A DNA stretch of 64,000 nucleotides from a virus (Duplodnaviria; Caudoviricetes), in the IMG/VR virus record IMGVR_UViG_3300044471_000009, positions 1-64,000 of that record; one strand, written 5' to 3'. Positions 55,388-64,000 of this stretch are shown piece by piece. The notes beneath the pieces were generated by a model. The model worked only from the letters and a program-made list of their open reading frames with translations, was not told where the DNA came from and searched no databases. Within the stretch, counting starts at the first letter, position 1; each line of letters opens with the position of its first letter. The position numbers were made by a program, and so were the translations under genes.

Positions 55388-55610
55388 TTCACTTCCTCCA
55401 AAAAATTAGCGCGTCATGCGCATTTTTAGTAGCTTGCACTACCAGTTTCACCACCAAACCTCAATCATACCACTCCCCCACATCGCTTCGATGGCCAGCT
55501 TGCCTTGCTCTTCTTCTGTCAAGGTCTTCCATTCTTCAACAGAGCATATCTCAAACTCGCACTCGCTTCCCACCCGGTCGGTTTTTACTGTCCCCATGAC
55601 CACGCCATCT

Positions 55611-55898
55611 TCAACCTTCATTTATTACCTCCTTTCCCTTGCCGTCTCCGGCTATGCAGACTTCATCCTGCATTTTAATTAACTTTGCCTGCTGCTCCCT
55701 TCGCCACTGATCAAGAGCTAAACTGACTGCTCCACTTACAGTCATTCCAAGACTTTTGGCAATTTCTGTAAATGGCACGCGCAGGCTTCTCTTGGCTTGT
55801 ATAGTCCAGCGATCAGGCTCTTCTCTGGCTGTTTTCGGCTTGACTGGTTTTTTTTTTGTTGCCATAATCTCCCTAGTTTCTGTTTTCCGCCGTGTCAA
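55611..55898 (-). CDS. Small RHH-like regulator
   Basis: FTEIAKSLGMTVSGAVSLAL. Confidence 0.5.
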   Translation of the reverse strand: MTRRKTETREIMATKKKPVKPKTAREEPDRWTIQAKRSLRVPFTEIAKSLGMTVSGAVSLALDQWRREQQAKLIKMQDEVCIAGDGKGKEVINEG

Positions 55899-55930
55899 AG
55901 CAACACGGCGGTGATTTCTTTGGTTACTTC

Positions 55931-56344
55931 CTACATCTCGCCGATCATCTTTCGCAGTTCATCCAGCGAAAGATTCATGAGAGTCTCGCCCTCTTTCTGG
56001 TCAAGAATACCTTGCATCTGCTGTTTCTTTGCTGCTTTTTCACAGCGCGATTGCTCTTCCTTCTGCTCGGCCAATCGCACATTGATGATGCGCTTTACGA
56101 TTTCAAATCGCAGCGAATCCTCCGGCTCCACAGCAGCTTTATCGGCATTGACAAAGCTAATTTGAACATCATCTCTCAGTTTGACATGCAGTGCTTTTGC
56201 GATGTCGTCAAGATTGACCTTGCCGTTACTGCTGGTTAGCGGCAGTCTCCACAGGTCTGTGACATTCAGCAGTCCTTTAGTGGTCTCGAACATCAGATTT
56301 AAACGACTTGCTTTCTCGAACATTTGATCAGACATGACTTTCAT
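55931..56344 (-). CDS. Phage protein, partner of the 674-aa gene
   Basis: FEKASRLNLMFETTKGLLNVTDLWRLPL; C-terminal helical hairpin. Confidence 0.75.
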   Translation of the reverse strand: MKVMSDQMFEKASRLNLMFETTKGLLNVTDLWRLPLTSSNGKVNLDDIAKALHVKLRDDVQISFVNADKAAVEPEDSLRFEIVKRIINVRLAEQKEEQSRCEKAAKKQQMQGILDQKEGETLMNLSLDELRKMIGEM

Positions 56345-56356
56345 TACTCCTGTTGA

Positions 56357-58381
56357 TTAGATATTAACCTGCAAAGTGCGAGTGAATGCACCGGTTACAC
56401 GAACTAAAACGCTGCTGCGCTGAGTCAGTGAAAACCCAAGGCCGCTTAATTGCTCATCAGATTTTCCAGTCTTCACTTTTGCGCCGACCATCTCAAGCAC
56501 CTTTCTGTGCGGCGTTAAAGACTCTTTCAGGAACTCGTTGTAAAACCCCCGCGCCTCTCCTTCGTTGATACATCCGTTCAGCATGAAGAACACATGCTTG
56601 TTACCTATGCCGCTCTCGCCCCAGTAATTCGGCGAGTACATGATAGCATCAACTCTTGCGTACTGCATAGTCTTCAAGCCCCAAGCATCCTTTGAAGCTG
56701 TAGTTGATGGCAGTTTTGGCTCAACGGTTACAAACCCACCTTTAATATGCAGAACTGCCACTTCTACGCTCTCGTTACTCCGCAAACCCTTATCATAAGC
56801 AAAGCTATGCACAATACCGCCAACCTCTATCTCCACTTCAAAACCGATACCATCCGAACGACGATTATAGTTGTTTACGGAGAGACGGTAAGCACCATCT
56901 CGCATAGTTTTGATATTCTCGTAGAAGATGTTCTCAACCGGATGTGGGCGCGGGCCATCTGCTCCGTTTGCATCCACATCCAACATCCCTCCGTTGCCCG
57001 AAAGCTGGCGGCGGCAACGCCAATAAACTGTACAGCCAGTTGGCTCTTGCATGTGGAGATCAAGATCATCAGAGTATTCCCATGCCAACCGGCAGCAAAC
57101 CTCGCCAGTAACGTTGCCCCCTGCTGCCTTTACCCGCTCTTTGATTGAGTCTGCGAAGTTGCCGTTGTATGACCAACTAAAGGCGTTGCCCCATTTAAAC
57201 ATCAGCTCCGTTGTGGGATCACTTGGCGCAACCAGAGATACAAGATTGTTGAGGTGCTTATTTTCTACCAGCACCTCAACCGTTGATGCCGTTGGAATGA
57301 CCTTAGTGATAAACTCATCAATTCCGATCTGCTCAACATTTGAGGAGACCTTGGCTTTCTTGGCTGAATCATTGATCAGGGAGTCAAACACGTCATGGTT
57401 GATAACCTTCTTTATTGACCGATCAGCGAACAGAATTTCATTCACGCTGATGTCACCCAGCGTCGCGTACCGTCGCTCAAGCGCAGATGTCATGCCAAGC
57501 TCTGCAATCTTCTCCTTCGCTGCGGCAATCATCTTTGGTGTGACTAAGGCTGTTGGGCGTTTGTAATTCGCTGGAGCCACCACTTGCTCGTAAGCCCGTA
57601 CAGCTTGATCGATCTCTTTACCATCGCTCAAGTCAATAAGCAGCGTCCCAATTGCGGTATTGCGAATGCGCAATATAGAGCCGCTGGTCTTCAGTTTTGG
57701 ATGCGCAGAATACCATATCGCTAATTCCCGTTGGCTATCCGACAGCTCAATAAACCAATTCTTGCAAGTCAGAAAAGCATTCAACGCAAATTTATGCTCT
57801 TCTCCGCGATACAGCGAGTTCTGAGCAATCAGCTCAAGCACGGTCTCTACTGATTCAAGAGACAGTTCATTCAGGCTGCGCTTGAACACGTCGAAATCTG
57901 CGCGTGTCTGGCTTAACATGGAGCCTGCGTCACGAATAACGCATGAAGCTGGAATGTTCACATGGAAATGATAATAAGTATGAACACCATCTACAAGCTG
58001 CTCGAAAGACTTCTCTTGTCCAGCTACCGGCTGGTCGTGAGTGAAAATATTTGCAATTGCTTTGCTTTTCACGTAAGCGGAAAGCGCATCGGCAACAGCT
58101 TGATATTCGTCATCAACGCGAATATCCCAGATGCTTTGCAGCTTGTAGCCTTCTTCGTCTTTGATGATAGCGACGGCATTCCCGACAGCACGAATGAAAC
58201 CCTTACAGCAAGAGCAGTCATGCTCAGTCCGCTCGCGGTAAATTGGATTGGTTCCAGCAGGAAACGCTCCGAGGTAAGTTTCAATGATGCCATCTCGGTC
58301 GGTGCCGGTGCGGAACATTGGGTACTGCTGCATGTCTGCAAACTGCTTTGCAACTGCTCTGGAAAACTTCTGGAAATTCAT
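56357..58381 (-). CDS. 674-aa phage protein with HxCxCC motif and YfaP/DUF2135-like domain
   Basis: HDCSCCKGFIR; RLAWEYSDDLDLHMQEP...LDVDAN...VENIF. Confidence 0.8.
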   Translation of the reverse strand: MNFQKFSRAVAKQFADMQQYPMFRTGTDRDGIIETYLGAFPAGTNPIYRERTEHDCSCCKGFIRAVGNAVAIIKDEEGYKLQSIWDIRVDDEYQAVADALSAYVKSKAIANIFTHDQPVAGQEKSFEQLVDGVHTYYHFHVNIPASCVIRDAGSMLSQTRADFDVFKRSLNELSLESVETVLELIAQNSLYRGEEHKFALNAFLTCKNWFIELSDSQRELAIWYSAHPKLKTSGSILRIRNTAIGTLLIDLSDGKEIDQAVRAYEQVVAPANYKRPTALVTPKMIAAAKEKIAELGMTSALERRYATLGDISVNEILFADRSIKKVINHDVFDSLINDSAKKAKVSSNVEQIGIDEFITKVIPTASTVEVLVENKHLNNLVSLVAPSDPTTELMFKWGNAFSWSYNGNFADSIKERVKAAGGNVTGEVCCRLAWEYSDDLDLHMQEPTGCTVYWRCRRQLSGNGGMLDVDANGADGPRPHPVENIFYENIKTMRDGAYRLSVNNYNRRSDGIGFEVEIEVGGIVHSFAYDKGLRSNESVEVAVLHIKGGFVTVEPKLPSTTASKDAWGLKTMQYARVDAIMYSPNYWGESGIGNKHVFFMLNGCINEGEARGFYNEFLKESLTPHRKVLEMVGAKVKTGKSDEQLSGLGFSLTQRSSVLVRVTGAFTRTLQVNI

Positions 58382-58447
58382 GGTTGCTCTCTCTGGTTTG
58401 ATTTTGCTATCTGCGGCCTTGATGCCGATTTATTTTCAACTGAAATG

Positions 58448-58476
58448 AATATACCCTCTTTCCGAAACGCTGTAAA
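58448..58476 (-). promoter_or_regulatory. Sigma70-type promoter for the 674-aa gene
   Basis: TTTACA-17-TATATT. Confidence 0.6.
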
Positions 58477-58483
58477 CAATTAT

Positions 58484-60406
58484 TTAAGTTTTTTTAAAGA
58501 AAAGTTTACTCGCATTGCAACCGCTTGAAACTCCGTTGATTTGCACACGCTTTGGCGCAGAAATAACCAGCTCCCGCGCCGCTCTCGTGACCGCAACATA
58601 TCCAAGCCGATACAGCTCTTGCATCCCGGCTTGATCTTCATCGCCACGCGGCCAAATACCTTCAACCGCGCCGATCAGGAAGACGTATTTATATTCCAAG
58701 CCCTTAACTGAATGGACAGTTGAAACGACAACTTTTTCGGCAGCCTCTTCTTCGCTCGCTGAATGCTCAAGGCTGATCGCGTCAAGAAAAGCGGTCAGCG
58801 AATCATATCTGCCTGCCGCTTCGCAAAGCTGCTCAAGGTCTTTGATGCGCCTATCCGCAGCATCGTACCGGTTTGCTGCAATCAGCTTGAGCCATTCTGC
58901 CGCAGCACGCACTATCTCCTGCACTAACTGCCTATCATCATCTGCGACTAAAAACATCTCTATTAACGCAGAAACAAGGGCTTCTCCGATATGTTTATTC
59001 TCACCTTTCGGCTCATATCTGCATATTCCAAACCATCCAGATTTAACTTCTTTTTGCAATGACTCTGAATACTGAGTAAATGCAGATATTACCTTTTCCG
59101 TCCCTTTCGTCCCGTCTCCAAGTCCACACTTTGCAGGGATAGAAAATACCCTGCGCCACGCCGCAATATCCCCGGCATCTGCTATGCGCACCCTCACAAA
59201 CGCCGCGAGGTCTTTTACGCATTGCATTTTAGCTAACTGCATACCGCCGAGTTTGATAAAGCCTATCCGCCGCTCGGAAAGCCGCATTTCGACATGCCTC
59301 GAATACACCCCGCTTTTTGACATGACGCAAATTTGCTCCGGGTCAACGCCGCTACCGATCAAATCTGAAATTCTACGAACAACCTGCTCTGCTTCATCTT
59401 CGTCGCTCCATGGCCTCCAATATTCCGGCTCTTTGCCTGATGTGCCGGAGCGCAGGCTCTTTGGCCTGCCGACCCCGGCATGAACTGAAAGCTCATTGGC
59501 GAGCGCAAGAATCTGATCGGTGGAGCGGTAGTTTTGATCGAGGGTGAACAGCAACGCGCCGGGGAACATCTTGCTGAAGTTGATGATCGAGCTGACCTCC
59601 GCCCCTCGAAACGCATAGATGCTTTGGCACGGGTCGCCCACCGCGTAAATCATTGCGCCCATTCCAGCCAAGGCAAGCAAGATATCTGTCTGCGTCTGAT
59701 TAACGTCCTGATACTCATCAACCAGCACACGCGCCGGTATTTCATCAGCTTTCAGCAATCCAGACCGCAGCAGCAACAGCAGGAAGTCCAGTAAATCATC
59801 AAAATCAAGCTCGCCAGTTTCGCGCTTCCCTGCCCGATACTGCTCCGCCACGGCTTCAGCAATCTCGGCGCATTTCTTGGCAACTATCTGGCCGACTGGA
59901 ACACGGCGATTTGCTGATGCTGAAATCGCCTCTTGCAGCTTATTCGCTGTCGGCAGCTCTGCCGCCTCGTCTTCCGGCAGTGTTTTGACAATTTTCTTGA
60001 TGCGGGAAACAGCTTCCGATGTGTCAATAATTCCGCGCATTTCCGGCATCCACGCTGCCGCCGCTGTTTCTTCCGCGATCAGCTCTGCGCCGGAATCAAC
60101 CTTGGCCTTCAGCGTGACGGCAGCTTGCCGAATGAGCCGTGCTGCGAGCGAATGGAATGTTCCTGCCGCTCCAACCTTGTTTGCAAGCGGATGCTGGCTG
60201 GAAGCCCGCTTAACCATATCTCCGCCAGCAAGGTTGGTAAAAGTCAAGAGCCAAATCTTTCCCGGCTCAATTCCGCTGTCGAGCAGACGGACAAGCCGGG
60301 CCGCGATGACAGAAGTCTTGCCTGTGCCTGCGCCTGAATCGACAAGGGCGTGGCGATTCATGGAGCATGAGACCGCTGCGAGCTGCTCGGCGTTAAGGTT
60401 GTACAT
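58484..60406 (-). CDS. uvrD: UvrD/REP (SF1A) helicase
   Basis: SGAGTGKT, LTFTNLA, TFHSL, VDEYQD, VGDPCQSIYAFRGA, NYRST, TVHSVKGLE, VAVTRA. Confidence 0.97.
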   Translation of the reverse strand: MYNLNAEQLAAVSCSMNRHALVDSGAGTGKTSVIAARLVRLLDSGIEPGKIWLLTFTNLAGGDMVKRASSQHPLANKVGAAGTFHSLAARLIRQAAVTLKAKVDSGAELIAEETAAAAWMPEMRGIIDTSEAVSRIKKIVKTLPEDEAAELPTANKLQEAISASANRRVPVGQIVAKKCAEIAEAVAEQYRAGKRETGELDFDDLLDFLLLLLRSGLLKADEIPARVLVDEYQDVNQTQTDILLALAGMGAMIYAVGDPCQSIYAFRGAEVSSIINFSKMFPGALLFTLDQNYRSTDQILALANELSVHAGVGRPKSLRSGTSGKEPEYWRPWSDEDEAEQVVRRISDLIGSGVDPEQICVMSKSGVYSRHVEMRLSERRIGFIKLGGMQLAKMQCVKDLAAFVRVRIADAGDIAAWRRVFSIPAKCGLGDGTKGTEKVISAFTQYSESLQKEVKSGWFGICRYEPKGENKHIGEALVSALIEMFLVADDDRQLVQEIVRAAAEWLKLIAANRYDAADRRIKDLEQLCEAAGRYDSLTAFLDAISLEHSASEEEAAEKVVVSTVHSVKGLEYKYVFLIGAVEGIWPRGDEDQAGMQELYRLGYVAVTRAARELVISAPKRVQINGVSSGCNASKLFFKKT

Positions 60407-60998
60407 TTTGATTCACGGCAAGGCTTTCGACGTAGCGTTTTGCATCCGTGTCGCTGTTAGATTCATGCCATCCCAATTCAACTTCGGCTTTATATCTTGC
60501 CAATATTGCATCGTGCTTGCAATCGCCACGATATAAATACAAATGCTTTGATTTTATCATTATAGTTGCCCTCCATAGTGTTCTGTCTTTATGAACTCCT
60601 GTTATTCCAGACTTATTTGTATTCATCCTCCTCCTGTTCCTTGCGTTATACATGCTATTAACGCTGCGCAAATTTAACCACCTATTATCAGTTCTATCTC
60701 TGTTGATATGATCAATCTCGTCAGGGATTATCCCTGTCATATATAGAAACGAAAGCCTATGTGCCGCATACTCAACATAATCTATTGTTATTTTTATATA
60801 CCCACCGCCGCCCTTGTTTTCACATCCAGCAACGCAACCGGTGATAGCACGCCTCCTTGACTCTCTCCATGTAAAAAACCCGGTATCAGGATTGTATTCA
60901 AGCAATTCCTTCAGCCTCTCCTGCGTTAATCCTGTGTTCATTTCTGCTCTCCAGTTGCCCATCCATTCGACCGGGCTGTGTTTTTTCCGGGCCGCCAA
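60393..60998 (-). CDS. HNH homing endonuclease (HNH_3 plus AP2-like)
   Basis: AAHRL...IDHINRDRTDNRWLNLR...SGITGV. Confidence 0.9.
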   Translation of the reverse strand: MAARKKHSPVEWMGNWRAEMNTGLTQERLKELLEYNPDTGFFTWRESRRRAITGCVAGCENKGGGGYIKITIDYVEYAAHRLSFLYMTGIIPDEIDHINRDRTDNRWLNLRSVNSMYNARNRRRMNTNKSGITGVHKDRTLWRATIMIKSKHLYLYRGDCKHDAILARYKAEVELGWHESNSDTDAKRYVESLAVNQNVQP

Positions 60999-61039
60999 AT
61001 GCGGCCCGGCATCGCTATGCTCTCCTCTCGACCAGCAGC

Positions 61040-61342
61040 TTAACCAGCTTGATTCATTCGACTTTCAAGCCTTTTCAGCTTGTTTAGCCGCCACCTTGCA
61101 ACCTCCTCCTCTATGTCAAGATGCAAAATCATTTGCTCAAGCATTATCTGCACATCTGCAATTTCTTCTGCTATTTCCCTCCCCCTGTCTCTGCCCTGAA
61201 AGAAATGCCGTGCCAGTTCTGCGGCCAGCTCGCCCATTTCGCCCATGCACTGAGCTGCTTGGTTCTTGACTCCGTAATGCTCGACAGCTTGTAGTAGGAT
61301 TTTTTTAGTCCACAGCCTTCTCGTTGTCATCCATATCTCCAT
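61040..61342 (-). CDS. MazG-like NTP pyrophosphohydrolase
   Basis: GEMGEL...EEIADVQIMLEQM. Confidence 0.8.
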   Translation of the reverse strand: MEIWMTTRRLWTKKILLQAVEHYGVKNQAAQCMGEMGELAAELARHFFQGRDRGREIAEEIADVQIMLEQMILHLDIEEEVARWRLNKLKRLESRMNQAG

Positions 61343-61567
61343 TGGTTAGCTTTTCCTTGAGTGGGCAGTCTTTTTCGCCGAGAAGACCGTCAATAAAACA
61401 CTTCATTCGCGGGTGCCTACAGAACTCATTGCTGACAAGACCAATGAAATTGCGTTGCGCCTTGTGGCCGCCGTATTGACATGTGCCAGTTGCTGATTTG
61501 GAGCACGGATAAATCTTCATCGCCATCGCCTCGCCTCCTGATTGTTTCGTAACACCCTCTAAAACGC

Positions 61568-61774
61568 TCATATTGCCGCCTCCTTTGCGTCCATTTCCTC
61601 GATAGCCTTCCGGTACATTATCTCCCCGCGCTGCGCTTTTTGCAGCGTTTCTGCGCAAAACAGATGCCACTCCTTGTTTGGTTCTGAAGCAATCGCAAGG
61701 ACAGCGCGGGGAATGATCAATTCAGACAGGGCGCGGAGTGCTTGTTTAGTGGCTTTCATATCTGCACCCACCAT
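61568..61774 (-). CDS. Hypothetical protein
   Basis: ORF track; coupled to neighbours. Confidence 0.45.
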   Translation of the reverse strand: MVGADMKATKQALRALSELIIPRAVLAIASEPNKEWHLFCAETLQKAQRGEIMYRKAIEEMDAKEAAI

Positions 61775-62436
61775 CTTCCGCCGTGGCCCGGATAATCAAG
61801 GCATCTCCACGCTGTTCCTGTTGGCTTGTGAATCCCAGCCATTTCCCTGTGCCAGTGACCGAAAAACCACTGTTTAGGTTTGAATTTGATGAGCATCTGT
61901 TCAAGGGCAAAACGGTTTCCGTCGTTTATCTTCTCGAAAGTGCCATCAACTCCAAAGCAATTCGGGCAGGTATGACTGATAACAATATCAATCTTGCATT
62001 CGAGGTTAAAACATCTCTCGAATTCCGCTTGAGAAATATTTTCCTCTGAAAACCAATCATGTCCAGCAGTCCGCATGTTCTTGTCAACTGATGCCGCGCC
62101 GCCAAAGAAAAGGACATTTCTTCCGTCCGGCAAAGCCAAGACACTCCCCCTTGAAGCGTGAAACACATTGCCGTACATCCGATGAATCATTCCGTCCTGA
62201 ATCAAAACAGGATGCTGCTCATGGTTGCCATCGCAGAAATAAACACTGGAGATTCCAGTTTTCAATCCTTTGTGCGCCCACTTCTTTTGCAGCCCGTAAA
62301 GCACTGGCCTTTTCGTCTCAAGCGCAGGCCACCACCCAAAGTCACCGCATTGCAAAATGATTTTAGGCCGCTTGCTTGCAATCAATGCGTTCAGCTTTCC
62401 CCAGTCGCCGTGTAAATCTCCAATTGCGATAATCAT
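61756..62436 (-). CDS. Calcineurin-like metallophosphoesterase
   Basis: GDLHG, CGDFG, DGNHE, SH, GHWH. Confidence 0.92.
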   Translation of the reverse strand: MIIAIGDLHGDWGKLNALIASKRPKIILQCGDFGWWPALETKRPVLYGLQKKWAHKGLKTGISSVYFCDGNHEQHPVLIQDGMIHRMYGNVFHASRGSVLALPDGRNVLFFGGAASVDKNMRTAGHDWFSEENISQAEFERCFNLECKIDIVISHTCPNCFGVDGTFEKINDGNRFALEQMLIKFKPKQWFFGHWHREMAGIHKPTGTAWRCLDYPGHGGRWWVQI

Positions 62437-62440
62437 GTCT

Positions 62441-63742
62441 TCACCAAGGCCCAAAAATTGTTCTTTCATGATAGAAGGTTGCAAATACAGTTCCGGTAGG
62501 CCCGTCCTTCTGCTTTGCGACTATTATTTCAGTCCTGCGTTTTTCTATGTCATCGGTTATATTTTTGTTATAAACAGAATCCCTGTAAAGAAAGAGAATA
62601 ACGCTTGCATCCTGCTCTATCTGTCCGCTCTCCCTCAGATCAGACATATTCGGACGCTTGTCAACCCTTTCCTCTACCTTGCGACTTAACTGCGAAAGAG
62701 CTATAACGCAAACGCCAAGCTCTTTCGCAAGAATCTGTAAGCCTCTGCTTACCTCGCTCACTTCCTCATATCTATTTTTTGACTTTTCGGTTGACGCAAG
62801 CTGCAAATAGTCAACAAATAGTATGTCAAGCCCGTGTTTGTCTTTTAACATCCTTGCCCTGCTCTTTATCTGCTCTATGGAAAGACCAGGGGTTTCGTCT
62901 ATCCATATTTTTTTATTTGCAGATTCCATGCAAGCCTTATCTATCTCGCCGCTCTTGCCATGTACCCGCCCAGCTCTCAAGTCATGCAGTCCAATGCCGG
63001 ACAAGCTGGCCAGCACCCTTGTAGCTAAACTTACAGCCGTTGTTTCAAGGGAAAAGAAACCAACCTTCCCTCCAGATGCCAAGGCCATTGTCATTGCCAA
63101 GGCGGTCTTCCCTATGCTCGGTCTCGCCGCAAGGATAACAAGTGATCCCGGAACAAGCCCTGATGTCATTTTATCGAGAACCGGAATGCCGGACGGAAGC
63201 CCAATAATTCCGCTTGGATTTTTAGATGCCTCTAAAATACGTTCCTTGGCATCAATAGACGCATCTCCGAGCGTAACCCAACTGGATACCGTCCCCGTGG
63301 AAAGAATGCGCCTAATGTCATTCTCGTGCTGCTGACAAGCATCGTGGTCTCCAGCCATGATGCGATGGTATGTTGAGGCGCATTTTTCGGCTATTGCCCG
63401 CGAAACCGCTTTCTCCCGGATAATCCCAGCATGATGCACCAACATTCCCGTGAACGGAATAACATCGGTAAGTTGCGTCACATATACAACCCCGCCAGCC
63501 TTTTCCAGCTTTCCGTGATCTCTCAGCCAGTCAGTTACGGAAACTAAATCATGCGGGCGATTACTCCGCGAGAGAGCTATTGCCGCCTCAAAGATTAGCT
63601 TATGGCGGTCTGAATAGAAATCTTCCGCTGCAAGCAGCCCCTCTATTTTGCTCATTGCCTTGTCATTAATCAGCAACGTTCCAAGAAGCGTCGCCTCGGC
63701 CTGAAAGTTATTAGGCTTGGCATCTTTACTGTTGTTCATCAT
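62441..63742 (-). CDS. dnaB: Replicative DNA helicase
   Basis: AARPSIGKT, FSLE, VDYLQL, LSQLSR, DLRESGQIEQDA, KQKDG. Confidence 0.97.
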   Translation of the reverse strand: MMNNSKDAKPNNFQAEATLLGTLLINDKAMSKIEGLLAAEDFYSDRHKLIFEAAIALSRSNRPHDLVSVTDWLRDHGKLEKAGGVVYVTQLTDVIPFTGMLVHHAGIIREKAVSRAIAEKCASTYHRIMAGDHDACQQHENDIRRILSTGTVSSWVTLGDASIDAKERILEASKNPSGIIGLPSGIPVLDKMTSGLVPGSLVILAARPSIGKTALAMTMALASGGKVGFFSLETTAVSLATRVLASLSGIGLHDLRAGRVHGKSGEIDKACMESANKKIWIDETPGLSIEQIKSRARMLKDKHGLDILFVDYLQLASTEKSKNRYEEVSEVSRGLQILAKELGVCVIALSQLSRKVEERVDKRPNMSDLRESGQIEQDASVILFLYRDSVYNKNITDDIEKRRTEIIVAKQKDGPTGTVFATFYHERTIFGPW

Positions 63743-64000
63743 TTTCTCCGTTTTCTGTTGAAATAATCCCGAATGCTGTTGTCCCTATAGGGCATGTCCT
63801 TGGCGGCGCTACTGCACCATGAGGTGCGCCAAACAATGACTTTTGCACCCCCCCCTGGCTGTACTTGCCTTCCAGAACCTTTGCCATGTTGGTCTGGTTT
63901 ATCAGCCAGTCAATGTCAGCCATAAACCTCTTCCCTCCTGAAGACGGCTCAACTTCTCCCATCAGCCAAGGACATTTCTTTACTGTTTTGAAATACTCCT
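63726..64000 (-). CDS. C-terminus of a phage replication initiator (truncated by the window edge)
   Basis: ADIDWLINQTNMAKVLEGKY resembles initiator C-termini; directly upstream of dnaB. Confidence 0.65.
   Translation of the reverse strand, partial: EYFKTVKKCPWLMGEVEPSSGGKRFMADIDWLINQTNMAKVLEGKYSQGGVQKSLFGAPHGAVAPPRTCPIGTTAFGIISTENGENDEQQ

Noticed and set aside
60393-60998. HNH gene as part of a novel system
   Set aside because: Typical free-standing HNH-AP2 homing endonuclease, common in phage replication modules.

Overview
This window is a 64-kb slice of a tailed dsDNA phage or prophage. It looks siphovirus-like: there is a 1980-aa tape measure and a tail tube gene but no sheath. No integrase is visible, and the replication initiator is cut by the right edge. 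From left to right: (1) small early genes on + (73-3138); (2) a minus-strand island with two orphan antitoxin-like genes (HicB-like and MqsA-like), four canonical tRNAs, several tRNA-like elements and two YodC-like genes (3296-6547); (3) a divergent non-coding region with helically phased ACAGGTA repeats (6550-7100); (4) a long + arm with accessory genes, a BRO antirepressor, a DNA-modification cluster, then terS/terL/portal/head/tail/lysis genes (7200-48372); (5) a minus arm with accessory, nucleotide-metabolism and replication genes (ThyX, HU, UvrD, HNH, MazG-like, phosphoesterase, DnaB). The strongest signal is at 15460-18782: a ParB-like gene, a C5-cytosine 'methyltransferase' whose motif X Asn is replaced by Arg (GRAV instead of GNAV), a glutaminase-less asparagine-synthetase-like ligase and a CmoA-like carboxy-SAM synthase. 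Overlapping start/stop codons chain this cluster to the terminase genes. It reads as a pathway to carboxymethylate and then amidate cytosine in progeny DNA; I recall a similar gene set being reported recently in a cyanophage, so it may not be wholly new. Other notable items: three paralogues of the major capsid protein, antitoxin-like proteins lacking their DNA-binding domains, tRNA bodies with expanded anticodon loops, a recurring promoter-leader-terminator architecture, a displaced -1 frameshift tail chaperone, a PR-1/CAP-domain membrane protein and a MITE-like element. All family assignments come from motif recognition by eye; no searches were run.
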